A stretch of DNA of 64,000 nt from a virus. Below, in pieces: positions 26,387 to 35,972 of the stretch (its first letter is position 1; every line of letters begins with the position of its first letter). The notes under the pieces are model-generated. The model saw only the letters and a list, made by a program, of their open reading frames with translations, was not told the DNA's origin and did not search any database. The position numbers and the translations under genes were made by a program. The DNA lies in the IMG/VR virus record IMGVR_UViG_3300029267_006021; one strand, 5' to 3'.

Positions 26387-29100
26387 AATTGATTGTAACC
26401 TTCACCCATCCAATATTCCCATTTAGAAGGTAAAGCTGTACAAACACCATCTATAGAACCTGGATCTTTTATAGTGTCTTTGAAATACTGATTAAAAATA
26501 GATTTAGTTAATTCAGGTTTCCAAGAAAATTTATGAGCATTTATATTTAATTCTTCAATCCAAGTGGCATAAGGTTGTTTCTTTACTTTTTTATCTGTGT
26601 TATATACATCGTCTTTAATCATTGGGTTAAAAGTCATTGGGTTCATTGAACCTATCCGCATTCTAGGAAAACCCCATTTTCTAGGATTTTCACCCAAAGC
26701 TTGGATAAAACTATTAATACCATAGCATTTTCCGCACTGCCCACAATTTGGGAAACCAAGCATACAACTTCTTTGCCATTTCATTGAATCTGGATATCTT
26801 TTAATTAACAAAGTTTGCATTCCGTAATGAGCGAGTCCCCAAAATGGACAGTTTATTTCATAACCCGTTGCTTTAGAAATACTATCAAAATGAAAAACTG
26901 AACTATTTGTACGAATCGGTGTATTGTCACGAACCCAAACTTTTGAATCTGGAGTATTCAAAGCAGTTAAAATTGTATTAGAACCATAAGCATGAGCAAG
27001 AGGCAAAGCAAAAAGCCACCAAGGAATAATTTTATAACCATTTCTCACAAAATCTGTTTTAATATAGAGTGAAGAAATATTATTTTGTTTATAAAAACCT
27101 ACCATTGCTTTTTTGCGTTCTGCCCAAACCTCTTCACCTCGAGATACAGCAATATATTGATTACCTACTATAAAACTCTTAAGCGGAAATCCAAGTTCCT
27201 TAACTAATAATGACAAAAGTAATCCATCCTTGCCCATACCATTTGAACATAAAATAGGTCCTGTATTCTTAACTTCTTCTGCTTCCACAATTTTTTTAGC
27301 AGACACTTTAACTGGCGATTTAGTTTTTACTAAACCATAAGAATTTGAAGCATGATTCAAACGCACATGGTCATTAATACAATCAACCTCTTTTTGAGTT
27401 AATTCATCAAACTCAATTGGAATATTATTCCAAGCAAAATGTTCTGACATTATAATCCCACACATAAAATTTGCTAAATGGCGTGGAGTATGAATAACTT
27501 TTTCAGTATAAACTATAGTTAAATTTTTTCGGTTCATATGTTTTAAAAAATGAGGCCATAAAAAAGTAATGTGTTTATCACAAATATTAGTCTTAATCTT
27601 CATCAGAGTCTCCTTTGCTTTTTGAGAAATAAATAAATTTTCACTAACTAAACTCTTACAACGTTTAAGGCGGATCCAAACTTCTCTTGGAATATGTTTT
27701 GATAAATCAATTTTATGTTTAACAAAAGGATAGTGACACTTTCTCATTAATTTGCCACGAGTATTAGAAATATTATTTAACCCATTCGAATCAAAACCCT
27801 TCAACCAATTTTTTGAAGTTAGTAAAGAAACTTTTAGTTTTCGTTTAACAATAGTCTTAAGAGTATGAAAAATCCAACTATCAATAGAAAATCGACGATC
27901 TATCAAAGGTAACCTTTTCATTAAATCTGTACGGATAGCCATATTTAAACCAGTATTCCCCTTACCTTTAAAAAGAACAGTAATATCTGTAGCAATATCA
28001 TAAAAAGGCCCTAATTGTGCTTGAACCCAATCTGGTTTTTGTTGCTTGAATAGATCATAGGTTTCTTTCAATCTAAAAGGCTGAGAATAACAATCAGCAG
28101 CTTGCAATAAAAAACAAAGAGAACTATTACTTGCCTGTTGAGCCAACTGATACCATTTCCGTGATAAAGGCTGCCAATTTTTAAGACTATTATACTCTAA
28201 TCTCTGACAACGTATTTTTGCGAAGGCTTCTCTATAGTCTTCTATTTGTTCTCTACCAAATGAAAATTCTTCTTCTTCTATAATTAATAATTCCCAATCG
28301 AAATTTATATTCTTTTGACGAACTAAACTCTCTAAAGCGAGCCATGCAATATGTTTCCCTCTAAAAATTGGAAGAGCAACTGTTAATTCTATCTTCGATT
28401 TCTTTTTGGATCTTCTTTTTCTTGCTTCTTGCTTAGCTATGCCATAACCATTTAGAGCTTCTTGAAAATTACTACCCCGAGAAAGAGAATGGGGAAGAGA
28501 GCGATATAAATAAAGAGGCTTTGGTATATGCAATGGGGTTGCTACTTCCTCTAATTTTAAAATTAGATCTTTATCTACTGCCCCTTTAAGTTTTGTATTT
28601 AAACCTGGAGTTTTTAGATAAATAGATCTTCGGAAGGTTTGTAGAGCACTAATGCAATCTACTTCTAAACTAGTTTTCCCTTTAGGTAATGCTCGACTCC
28701 ATCCAGGATTTTGTTTTCTTAATTCAGAATCACAAACGAAAAAATTGGTATAAACAAAACCTGCATTTGGGTGCTCTCTATAGAACTTAAGGACTTCTTC
28801 AACACAAGTAGAGGCTAAACCGTCATCTGAGCCTAAAAAACAAACTATGTCATTTTTAGATTGCAAGATCAACTGATGAAGCGAAGCAGCACATCCTAAA
28901 TTTTGACTATTAAAACTTAGATGAATTTTTGGATGGTTTGCATAATCTTGAAGTATAGCCCGTGAATGATCTGTACTATTATCATCTACAATATAAATTT
29001 CCCAATCTTGGGAGGTCTGTTGAAAAATTGAGTCAATACATCTCCTTAAAAAGCGTCCTTTATTATAATTAGGAATTAATATTGAAATTTTTTCAATCAT
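26371..29100 (-). CDS. Tri-domain protein: two GT2-like domains plus a QueC/MurL-like ATP-pyrophosphatase-type domain
   Basis: IPNYN/VDDNSTD/FLGSDD (GT2); second GT-A domain with QAADC; C-terminal NGMGKDG (SGGKDS-like) and SC...CGQCGKC. Confidence 0.75.
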   Translation of the reverse strand: MIEKISILIPNYNKGRFLRRCIDSIFQQTSQDWEIYIVDDNSTDHSRAILQDYANHPKIHLSFNSQNLGCAASLHQLILQSKNDIVCFLGSDDGLASTCVEEVLKFYREHPNAGFVYTNFFVCDSELRKQNPGWSRALPKGKTSLEVDCISALQTFRRSIYLKTPGLNTKLKGAVDKDLILKLEEVATPLHIPKPLYLYRSLPHSLSRGSNFQEALNGYGIAKQEARKRRSKKKSKIELTVALPIFRGKHIAWLALESLVRQKNINFDWELLIIEEEEFSFGREQIEDYREAFAKIRCQRLEYNSLKNWQPLSRKWYQLAQQASNSSLCFLLQAADCYSQPFRLKETYDLFKQQKPDWVQAQLGPFYDIATDITVLFKGKGNTGLNMAIRTDLMKRLPLIDRRFSIDSWIFHTLKTIVKRKLKVSLLTSKNWLKGFDSNGLNNISNTRGKLMRKCHYPFVKHKIDLSKHIPREVWIRLKRCKSLVSENLFISQKAKETLMKIKTNICDKHITFLWPHFLKHMNRKNLTIVYTEKVIHTPRHLANFMCGIIMSEHFAWNNIPIEFDELTQKEVDCINDHVRLNHASNSYGLVKTKSPVKVSAKKIVEAEEVKNTGPILCSNGMGKDGLLLSLLVKELGFPLKSFIVGNQYIAVSRGEEVWAERKKAMVGFYKQNNISSLYIKTDFVRNGYKIIPWWLFALPLAHAYGSNTILTALNTPDSKVWVRDNTPIRTNSSVFHFDSISKATGYEINCPFWGLAHYGMQTLLIKRYPDSMKWQRSCMLGFPNCGQCGKCYGINSFIQALGENPRKWGFPRMRIGSMNPMTFNPMIKDDVYNTDKKVKKQPYATWIEELNINAHKFSWKPELTKSIFNQYFKDTIKDPGSIDGVCTALPSKWEYWMGEGYNQFWKRP

Positions 29101-29974
29101 TTTTAAAGGATCTCAAAGCAGAAACCAGAGCAATCGCAGGCTTTGCGTCATCAATACTGAAACCTTTACCTTCCAAAATTTCTTGATAGCATACAGTATG
29201 TAAAGGCTCTAGCCCTTTAGAAAGATCCAAAACATAGTCATCAATCATAAAAACTCGTCGAGCAAATTCGTCCTCTTCTAAATCTTTTGAATCAAGTGAT
29301 AAAGACCAGTTAACTTTTGCATGTTCTAAATCCAAAAAACCAGAAACCTTTGCAGGAGAATACTCTGAAATCAAATATGACTTAACAGACCCAAAAAACC
29401 AAAGTACAAGATCAAAAAGATGAATACCAATATTAGTTACTAAATCTCCAGATCTTATCGAGTCGCCTTTCCATGAAGTATGATACCAAGGACCTCTACG
29501 AGTAATATAATCAATTTTTACTATAGCGTGTTCTGAATTTGAAGACTCAATTATCTTTTTTAACTTTAATACTTCAGGATGATATCTCAATTGTAAGATC
29601 GCATAGATTCTTTTGTTAAAGCGTGCTTCTAGCTCTTGTAATGGGTCTAAGTTCCAGGGGTTAATAGTCAAAGGTTTCTCACAAATAGCGTTTGCTCCCA
29701 AACGCAAAGCTATCCGACAATGGGCATCATGCAAATAATTAGGAGTACAAATACTAATATAGTCTACACCTTCTCCTTTAAGACGGAGTTTTTCTAAATG
29801 TCTATCAAATCTCTCGATCTCAGTAAAAAAGCGAACATCAGAAAAGTAACTATCCAAAACACCTACAGAATCATGCGGATCACAAGCAGCAACCAAAGTA
29901 TGTCCAGTATCTTTAATTGCTTTTAAATGCCGAGGAGCAATATAACCAGCAGCTCCTAGTAAAGCAAATCTCAT
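29093..29974 (-). CDS. wbpB: Gfo/Idh/MocA oxidoreductase, UDP-GlcNAcA 3-dehydrogenase (WbpB/WlbA-like)
   Basis: FALLGAAGYIAPRHLKAIK, DSVG, PNYLHDAH, CEKP, SWKGD, TNIGIH match WbpB-type signatures. Confidence 0.88.
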   Translation of the reverse strand: MRFALLGAAGYIAPRHLKAIKDTGHTLVAACDPHDSVGVLDSYFSDVRFFTEIERFDRHLEKLRLKGEGVDYISICTPNYLHDAHCRIALRLGANAICEKPLTINPWNLDPLQELEARFNKRIYAILQLRYHPEVLKLKKIIESSNSEHAIVKIDYITRRGPWYHTSWKGDSIRSGDLVTNIGIHLFDLVLWFFGSVKSYLISEYSPAKVSGFLDLEHAKVNWSLSLDSKDLEEDEFARRVFMIDDYVLDLSKGLEPLHTVCYQEILEGKGFSIDDAKPAIALVSALRSFKND

Positions 29975-30537
29975 TTTTGGACAAGCTCTCCAGAAACAAG
30001 ATGATACTCTCTACCGCATAAGCAACGAACATTTGACGTTATTAAATTAAGAGAATTACCACATTTACAAACCCAACCTCTATCTATAGCCGGATTCCCA
30101 TAAAACAACTTAAAATTGGGGAGATCTTGAGTAACAACACTTCCAGCTCCAACAAATGAATATTTACCAATCTTACGGGGACAAATAATCGTTGAATTAG
30201 CACCTAAGGTTGCTCCCTTACTGATGACAGTTTTTTCATAATTTTTATTTTTGGGAAAACGGCTTCGAGGACGAAGAACATTTGTGAAAACTACACTTGG
30301 GCCACAAAAAACATCATCTTCCAAGAGAATTCCAGCAAAGATTGAAACATTATTTTGTATCTTACAATTATCCCCAATAATAACCTTCTCTCCTATAAAT
30401 ACATTTTGACCTAAAGTACAATTTGACCCAATTTTAACATCTCTAGAAATATGAGAAAAATGCCAAATCTTTGTATCTGAACCAATAGAGGTATTTGAAT
30501 CAATAATAGCCGAAGAATGCGTATAAAATTTAGGCAT
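29971..30537 (-). CDS. wbpD: Hexapeptide N-acetyltransferase (WbpD/WlbB-like)
   Basis: IWHFSHI, LGQNV, KIQNNVSI, FCGPSVVFTNVLRPRS, GWVCKCG; start at 30537. Confidence 0.88.
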   Translation of the reverse strand: MPKFYTHSSAIIDSNTSIGSDTKIWHFSHISRDVKIGSNCTLGQNVFIGEKVIIGDNCKIQNNVSIFAGILLEDDVFCGPSVVFTNVLRPRSRFPKNKNYEKTVISKGATLGANSTIICPRKIGKYSFVGAGSVVTQDLPNFKLFYGNPAIDRGWVCKCGNSLNLITSNVRCLCGREYHLVSGELVQK

Positions 30538-31645
30538 CAAAAAAATCCTTAATCGTTCTAACAACTTTATAAATTTGTCTTTCTGAGATGCCAGCAAACA
30601 AAGGTAAGGAAAGAACTTCTTGAGATACTCTTTCAGACTCAGGCAAACTACCTACACTATAAGTATAATTAGAAAAAATCTTTTGAAGATGTAAAGGTTG
30701 GGGATAATAAATTGCACAGCCTATCCCTTTTTCTCTCAAAAATTGAATTAAAGCAGGGCGTTTCTGAACCCTAATAGTAAAAAGAGCCCAAGATGACTTA
30801 AGATAATCTTCTGGAAATTTAGGAAGAACTATCTTTTCATTTAAATTAAAAGAGGAAAAAATCTCCAAATATTTTTTAGCTGCTTGTTCTCGACGCTCTC
30901 TCCAAAGATCTACATAGTCTATTTTTATAGAAAGTAAGGCTGCTTGAAGGGCATCTAATCTAAAATTCCCTCCCATTTGACTAAAAGTAAGAGAACCAAT
31001 AGACCTTTGCTGTCTCATTGCTAAGATTTTCTCTAGCAATTCTAAAGAATTTACGCTAATGAGACCCCCATCTCCAAAACCCCCAAGAGGCTTGGTTGGG
31101 AAAAAACTAAAACAACCTAAAGAACCGAAGGTACCAACTTTTCTGTCATTGATTGTTGCCCCAAAAGCCTGTGCAGCATCTTCAATAATAAAGATATTAT
31201 GTCTATTGGAAATCTTTAAAATTTCTTCCAAATTAATAGGCAAACCATAAAGATGTACAGGAATAACTGCCTTTGTTTTGGAAGTAATTGCCGCTTCAAA
31301 ACTCTCAACAGAAATATTAAATGTTTCAGAATTTATATCTACAAAAACTGGTTTAGCTCCAACCCAACAAATCGCAGATGCTGTGGCAATAAAAGTAAAA
31401 GAGGGTAAAATAACTTCATCTCCGGGCCCAATACCTAGAGACTTTAGAGCAAGTATTAGAGCATCTGACCCGCTTGAAACACCTACTGTATGTTTAGAAC
31501 CTAAAAACTTAGAACATTTTGTCTCAAAATCAGTAACTTGGGCTCCCAATATAAATTGATTAGAACTCAAAATCTCTTGAAAAGATTCTGTTAAAGATGA
31601 AGTTAAAGGGGCATTTTGAAAAGATAAATCAAATAAAGGTATCAT
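30530..31645 (-). CDS. wbpE: DegT-family aminotransferase (WbpE/WlbC-like)
   Basis: EDAAQAFGA, SFFPTKPLGGFGDGG, NFRLDALQAA; adjacent to wbpB/wbpD-like genes. Confidence 0.82.
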   Translation of the reverse strand: MIPLFDLSFQNAPLTSSLTESFQEILSSNQFILGAQVTDFETKCSKFLGSKHTVGVSSGSDALILALKSLGIGPGDEVILPSFTFIATASAICWVGAKPVFVDINSETFNISVESFEAAITSKTKAVIPVHLYGLPINLEEILKISNRHNIFIIEDAAQAFGATINDRKVGTFGSLGCFSFFPTKPLGGFGDGGLISVNSLELLEKILAMRQQRSIGSLTFSQMGGNFRLDALQAALLSIKIDYVDLWRERREQAAKKYLEIFSSFNLNEKIVLPKFPEDYLKSSWALFTIRVQKRPALIQFLREKGIGCAIYYPQPLHLQKIFSNYTYSVGSLPESERVSQEVLSLPLFAGISERQIYKVVRTIKDFFDA

Positions 31646-32517
31646 TAACCGATCTCCAATTTATTTAACCTCTCATAGTCGAATCTTCTACCAATAATCT
31701 TATTATCTCTAAAAATCAAGTGATAAGGAGGATTCTTAACATAATTTTTTAAAATTAAAGGCACATCATAGGGAAATTGGATTAATTTCTTAGAGTATAA
31801 TTCCTTAATTAAATCGGAAGCATCCTTATGCAAAACTTCTTTAAGATAAGAAAGATGATCCAGATTAAGATGCATCTTCCTTCTAAAAAGTCTCCATTTT
31901 GAACGATGAACTCTATAAACAAAATGTAGATCAGATTTAACGTCTACTGAAATAAAATAATAACCAGCCATTTCAAATGTTTTACAACCCTTTTTCCAAA
32001 TACGTTCATCCCAACCATGTGTATTAGAAACAACAACTTTTTCTAAATAATCTTTATGAAACATCGCACAATTAAGAGGATGTATATGAGAAGTTTTCCA
32101 AGTTTGATTTAATAAAACTCTCATAACTGGAGTCTTACACATAAAGCGATGGTAACGATCAAACGCTTTATTCTTTTCTAAATAAAGTAATTGTTTTTGT
32201 AGACTATGCGGGGAAGTATCTTCAAAAGCAACAAAATCAGCATCCCATACAAATATAAAAGCATTAGAACATTTAGAAATAGCAAAATTGCGGAGATCTG
32301 CTAAATCAATAATCTTAGGTTCTTTAAATATTTTAAGATTTAAATTATGTTTTGATTTTAATTGTTCAACTTTTAAAACAGTCTTATCTGTAGAACCATT
32401 ATCTACAAAAATAATCTCATCGGCAATGTTAGCAATAGATAGGATACAGGGTTCAATCCAATAAATTTCATCTTTAGCAACGATATAAAAAGAGATGGGA
32501 GTCTTAAGATTGTCCAT
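31645..32517 (-). CDS. GT2 glycosyltransferase
   Basis: VDNGSTDKT, RNFA, VWDAD. Confidence 0.82.
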   Translation of the reverse strand: MDNLKTPISFYIVAKDEIYWIEPCILSIANIADEIIFVDNGSTDKTVLKVEQLKSKHNLNLKIFKEPKIIDLADLRNFAISKCSNAFIFVWDADFVAFEDTSPHSLQKQLLYLEKNKAFDRYHRFMCKTPVMRVLLNQTWKTSHIHPLNCAMFHKDYLEKVVVSNTHGWDERIWKKGCKTFEMAGYYFISVDVKSDLHFVYRVHRSKWRLFRRKMHLNLDHLSYLKEVLHKDASDLIKELYSKKLIQFPYDVPLILKNYVKNPPYHLIFRDNKIIGRRFDYERLNKLEIG

Positions 32518-33358
32518 AAAAATATTTCTCCCAATTAGTTTGTTCTTCTTCCATAGGCATCTCTCGAAACTGCGTATTCAAATTTTCTACGTCTATAAAT
32601 AAATCATAAGGCAAATCTCTTTTTGAACACCAAGACATGAAAGCTTTTAAATCCTTAGGCAAACACATACCAGAAAAACCTCGAAGACCATCTCGTCCAG
32701 GCGAAAAGGTATGCATTGGATGAATCCAACCATTTTGAACAGAGACTTCGCGAACTAAATTAAAATCAATTTGTAAGTTTTCACAGGCTAAACGTAATAA
32801 ATTAAAATAAGTATTCTTAACAGCATAAAAAACATTGCAAGCATATTTAATAATTTCAGACTCTTCATAGAGACAAGTAATTATTTTAGAACTCTCAATA
32901 GGTTTAGAAATCTTATTAATTAAACTCTCCCACTTTTTATAAGACGAAAAATCTTGAAAACCATAAATGATCTGAGGAGCTTTCAAAATATCTTTTTCAT
33001 CTCCCGTTACATTTAAAAACTCAGGAGAATGAGCAATATTCAAATTTAGGTAAGTTTCTGATAATCTTCTTGAAGTGCCTGGAACAACAGTACTCTTTAA
33101 AATGACCAAACCTAAAAAATTAAGAGTATTTAAAGAATGAAAAACTTGTTCTATATGCGAGGAGTCCTGGGAACCTGAGACCGTTGGAGTCGGAACGCAA
33201 ACAAATATAACAGAGCATTCAGATACTAAAGTCTCCAAAGAATTTTTACTTCGAGACCGATCAATATCATAAACTTTAGTTTGGAATTGGGCAATAGAAT
33301 AAAATCTATCAATTCTTTGACCTACAACACCATTTCCAATAATCCCGATCATTTCCAC
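32504..33358 (-). CDS. UDP-glucose/GDP-mannose dehydrogenase family protein (short phage-type form lacking the C-terminal domain)
   Basis: GNGVVG, CVPTP, KSTVVPG, PEFL, EIIKYACN, GFSGMCLPKD (catalytic Cys). Confidence 0.88.
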   Translation of the reverse strand: MEMIGIIGNGVVGQRIDRFYSIAQFQTKVYDIDRSRSKNSLETLVSECSVIFVCVPTPTVSGSQDSSHIEQVFHSLNTLNFLGLVILKSTVVPGTSRRLSETYLNLNIAHSPEFLNVTGDEKDILKAPQIIYGFQDFSSYKKWESLINKISKPIESSKIITCLYEESEIIKYACNVFYAVKNTYFNLLRLACENLQIDFNLVREVSVQNGWIHPMHTFSPGRDGLRGFSGMCLPKDLKAFMSWCSKRDLPYDLFIDVENLNTQFREMPMEEEQTNWEKYFYGQS

Positions 33359-33396
33359 AAAGCCTTAAAAGATCAAAACATTATAAGTGAAAAATT

Positions 33397-34203
33397 TCAA
33401 TCATTTTTGACTTCTTTAGCAACAATTCCATCCCCGTCAAGAGGGAGACAAGAAATATTTTTTCGATAATCAAAATCTCCCCTACTTGAAGTGTGTAATT
33501 TCCAGAGGTCATATTTACGATAAGCGTTATCTCCTTGTAAATGAGTAACCCAAGAATCTGAAGAACGAATCTGACCACTAACTAAACCAGAAGCGGCAAC
33601 TTTCATAACAAAACGGGCGTCCTCATGCCCATAAAGACGGTCTTCTGCAAATTTATGTTTTAACCAAAAAGATCTAGGTAAAGCGAGTGGTGCCCCATTA
33701 ACCACTGTAGTGTGTTCAAAAAGTAAGTCAGCATGAATAGGATTAATATGTCCTGCAGTGGCACTTTTTGGAACTTCAGGAGTTCCAAAAAGATTTCTAA
33801 CTTCTAAACAACAAGCCCCAAAACGTTCTCCGAAAAATTTATAAGATCCCCATAAAAAATAAAGCCAATCTTTGTAGACTAAAATATCATTATCTAATTT
33901 AATAAATAATTGACGAGAGCTCTTAGCGAGTATTTGATTAATTGCCCTACCAATACCTAAATTCTTTTTATTATCAATAATCTTAATTTGATGTTTAGAA
34001 CCTTCTTTTTTTCTTTGGGCAAAAAATTGATGCAATTTAGTAACTGTCCCATCCGTAGACCCATTATCAGATAGGATAATTTCAACACTAGGTGCTGTAT
34101 GCTTTAGAAGATTCTCAAGAGTAGCCTTTGTATATTTCCAACGATTAAAAGTGAGAATACCTATAGTAATTTGACTTCCATCATAAATTCTTTTTTTCAT
34201 CAT
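33397..34203 (-). CDS. GT2 glycosyltransferase (paralogue of 34204-35181)
   Basis: DNGSTD, KLDND, YGHED. Confidence 0.85.
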   Translation of the reverse strand: MMKKRIYDGSQITIGILTFNRWKYTKATLENLLKHTAPSVEIILSDNGSTDGTVTKLHQFFAQRKKEGSKHQIKIIDNKKNLGIGRAINQILAKSSRQLFIKLDNDILVYKDWLYFLWGSYKFFGERFGACCLEVRNLFGTPEVPKSATAGHINPIHADLLFEHTTVVNGAPLALPRSFWLKHKFAEDRLYGHEDARFVMKVAASGLVSGQIRSSDSWVTHLQGDNAYRKYDLWKLHTSSRGDFDYRKNISCLPLDGDGIVAKEVKND

Positions 34204-35181
34204 CTAAAACCACATTGTAAATATCTTTTTTAATTCTTCTCTTAAATCATTCCGAATCTCATTTTTTAGATCATCTAAAATATCTCTACGTAACTTTTTA
34301 TACAATTCGACACCTAATTCTTCTTTTATATCTTTTTTAATGAGAGTGATTAAAGTATTTTCAGAATCTTTAATTAAATTTGAAGCAGGCGCTTTATTCC
34401 CAAGCTGAATTTGATCTCCCTCAAGAGGCAAACACGAAACACCTGCTTCAAATTTAAAACTTCTCCCAATTTTTGCAACATGATTTTTCCATAGATCATA
34501 TTTTCGATAACGGTTGTCATGCTGAAGATGAGTTACCCAAGTAGTCGGTGAACGTAGTTGCCCACAAACTAAGCCTTTATTCCAGGCTTTTACAGCAAGT
34601 CGTGCGTCTTCATGTCCATAAAGACGATCCTCAGAAAACTTATGCCGCGACCAAAAAGATCGAGACATGGCCATTGTAGCTCCGTTTACAGCAGGAGTCC
34701 GTTCGAATAAAATCCCTCCCACTATTATCTCAGTTTTACCTTGAGTTCTTTTTCGTGACAGTCGAGAACGTCCATCAGTGTCACGAACTTCAAGACAGCA
34801 AACACCTAATCTATTTTTAAAATGTGCATAAACCAACCAAAGAAAATAAACCCATCTTCTACATACAAGAATATCATTATCTAATTTGATTAAAAGATCT
34901 CCTTTACTTTGACTAAAAGCTAAATTAACTGCACGACCTATCCCCAAATTCTTCTTATTTTCAATAATTTTGATATTGCGCTGCCCACTTTTCTTCTGGG
35001 CATTTTGTATATAAGTCTTCAATTTTTGGACCGTATTATCTGTAGAACCATTATCAATAATAATAATTTCAGTTTTTAAGGGAGTATGTTTGAATAAATG
35101 ATTAAGTGTGCGTTCGGTATATGGCCACCTATTAAATGTTGTCAGAGCAATCGAAATTTTATGTTCAGGATAACTCAACAT
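34204..35181 (-). CDS. GT2 glycosyltransferase with C-terminal helical tail
   Basis: DNGSTD, KLDND, YGHED. Confidence 0.85.
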   Translation of the reverse strand: MLSYPEHKISIALTTFNRWPYTERTLNHLFKHTPLKTEIIIIDNGSTDNTVQKLKTYIQNAQKKSGQRNIKIIENKKNLGIGRAVNLAFSQSKGDLLIKLDNDILVCRRWVYFLWLVYAHFKNRLGVCCLEVRDTDGRSRLSRKRTQGKTEIIVGGILFERTPAVNGATMAMSRSFWSRHKFSEDRLYGHEDARLAVKAWNKGLVCGQLRSPTTWVTHLQHDNRYRKYDLWKNHVAKIGRSFKFEAGVSCLPLEGDQIQLGNKAPASNLIKDSENTLITLIKKDIKEELGVELYKKLRRDILDDLKNEIRNDLREELKKIFTMWF

Positions 35182-35182
35182 G

Positions 35183-35929
35183 CTAAAAATCTCTTTTCAA
35201 AACTTCGAACTTTTCCTCAGGATCTTTTTGGTATAATTTAAATTTCTTGCTATGCGTGAAATCTGAAAAAATCTGAGAATTCTTCTCAGACCATCTGTTT
35301 TTATTCCTTTTAGGCATACCTCCGTTTACTGATAAAAACTCAAAAAAACGTTTTGGTTGGTGGAGAGTGTAATAAGGAACCCATTTATATAAACCAGCTT
35401 TACAAATACGATAAGTCCATTCACAATGCTCATAACCATAACCTTTAAATGCCGGGTTCAAATAACCCACTTTCTGTAGCACTTTTTGAGTAATAAAAAC
35501 AAATTGACCATTTAAATCTCCAGAACCATATAAAGGTATTCCTTTATATATCTTAGGTTTATAAGTTGCCAAACAACCATAATTAAAATGATGCAAACCT
35601 GTTTTTTTATGGGTATTTATAGTATATTGAAACAACTGAGGTTTCACCAATAAAATATCATCCTCAAAAAGAAAGATATATTCAAAGTTCTTGAGTACTT
35701 TTAAAAGTCTATTCTTATTTGCAGCGACTCCTTGGTTCTTAGCCAAAATCGAAACAATATCTTTTTGTTGTCTTAAAAAATTTTGGGTACCATCTGTGCA
35801 GCCATCAGAAGCAAATACAACGAGATATCCCTTTGTAAGATTAAATCTTCTTAAGGTTGCTAGAATAGATCGCACATTATTTAAACGGTTAAAACATGAA
35901 ATGCCAATGCCTATTGTTTTATTTCGCAT
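35183..35929 (-). CDS. GT2 glycosyltransferase
   Basis: SDGCTDGT, FEDD, VGYLNPAFKGYGYEH. Confidence 0.85.
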   Translation of the reverse strand: MRNKTIGIGISCFNRLNNVRSILATLRRFNLTKGYLVVFASDGCTDGTQNFLRQQKDIVSILAKNQGVAANKNRLLKVLKNFEYIFLFEDDILLVKPQLFQYTINTHKKTGLHHFNYGCLATYKPKIYKGIPLYGSGDLNGQFVFITQKVLQKVGYLNPAFKGYGYEHCEWTYRICKAGLYKWVPYYTLHQPKRFFEFLSVNGGMPKRNKNRWSEKNSQIFSDFTHSKKFKLYQKDPEEKFEVLKRDF

Positions 35930-35972
35930 AACTTAGTAACAGATATAAGTTCTTTATGACCAAGAGAGGAAA

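Noticed and set aside
26371-27603. 7-deazaguanine DNA-modification pathway (QueC)
   Set aside because: No FolE, QueD, QueE or DpdA is visible in the window, and the domain is fused to glycosyltransferases, so glycan tailoring is more parsimonious.
11749-35929. Ordinary bacterial O-antigen or capsule locus (host chromosome)
   Set aside because: No flippase, polymerase, transporter or housekeeping genes, and both flanks carry phage-type genes with shared promoter and leader motifs. Misassembly cannot be excluded without reads.
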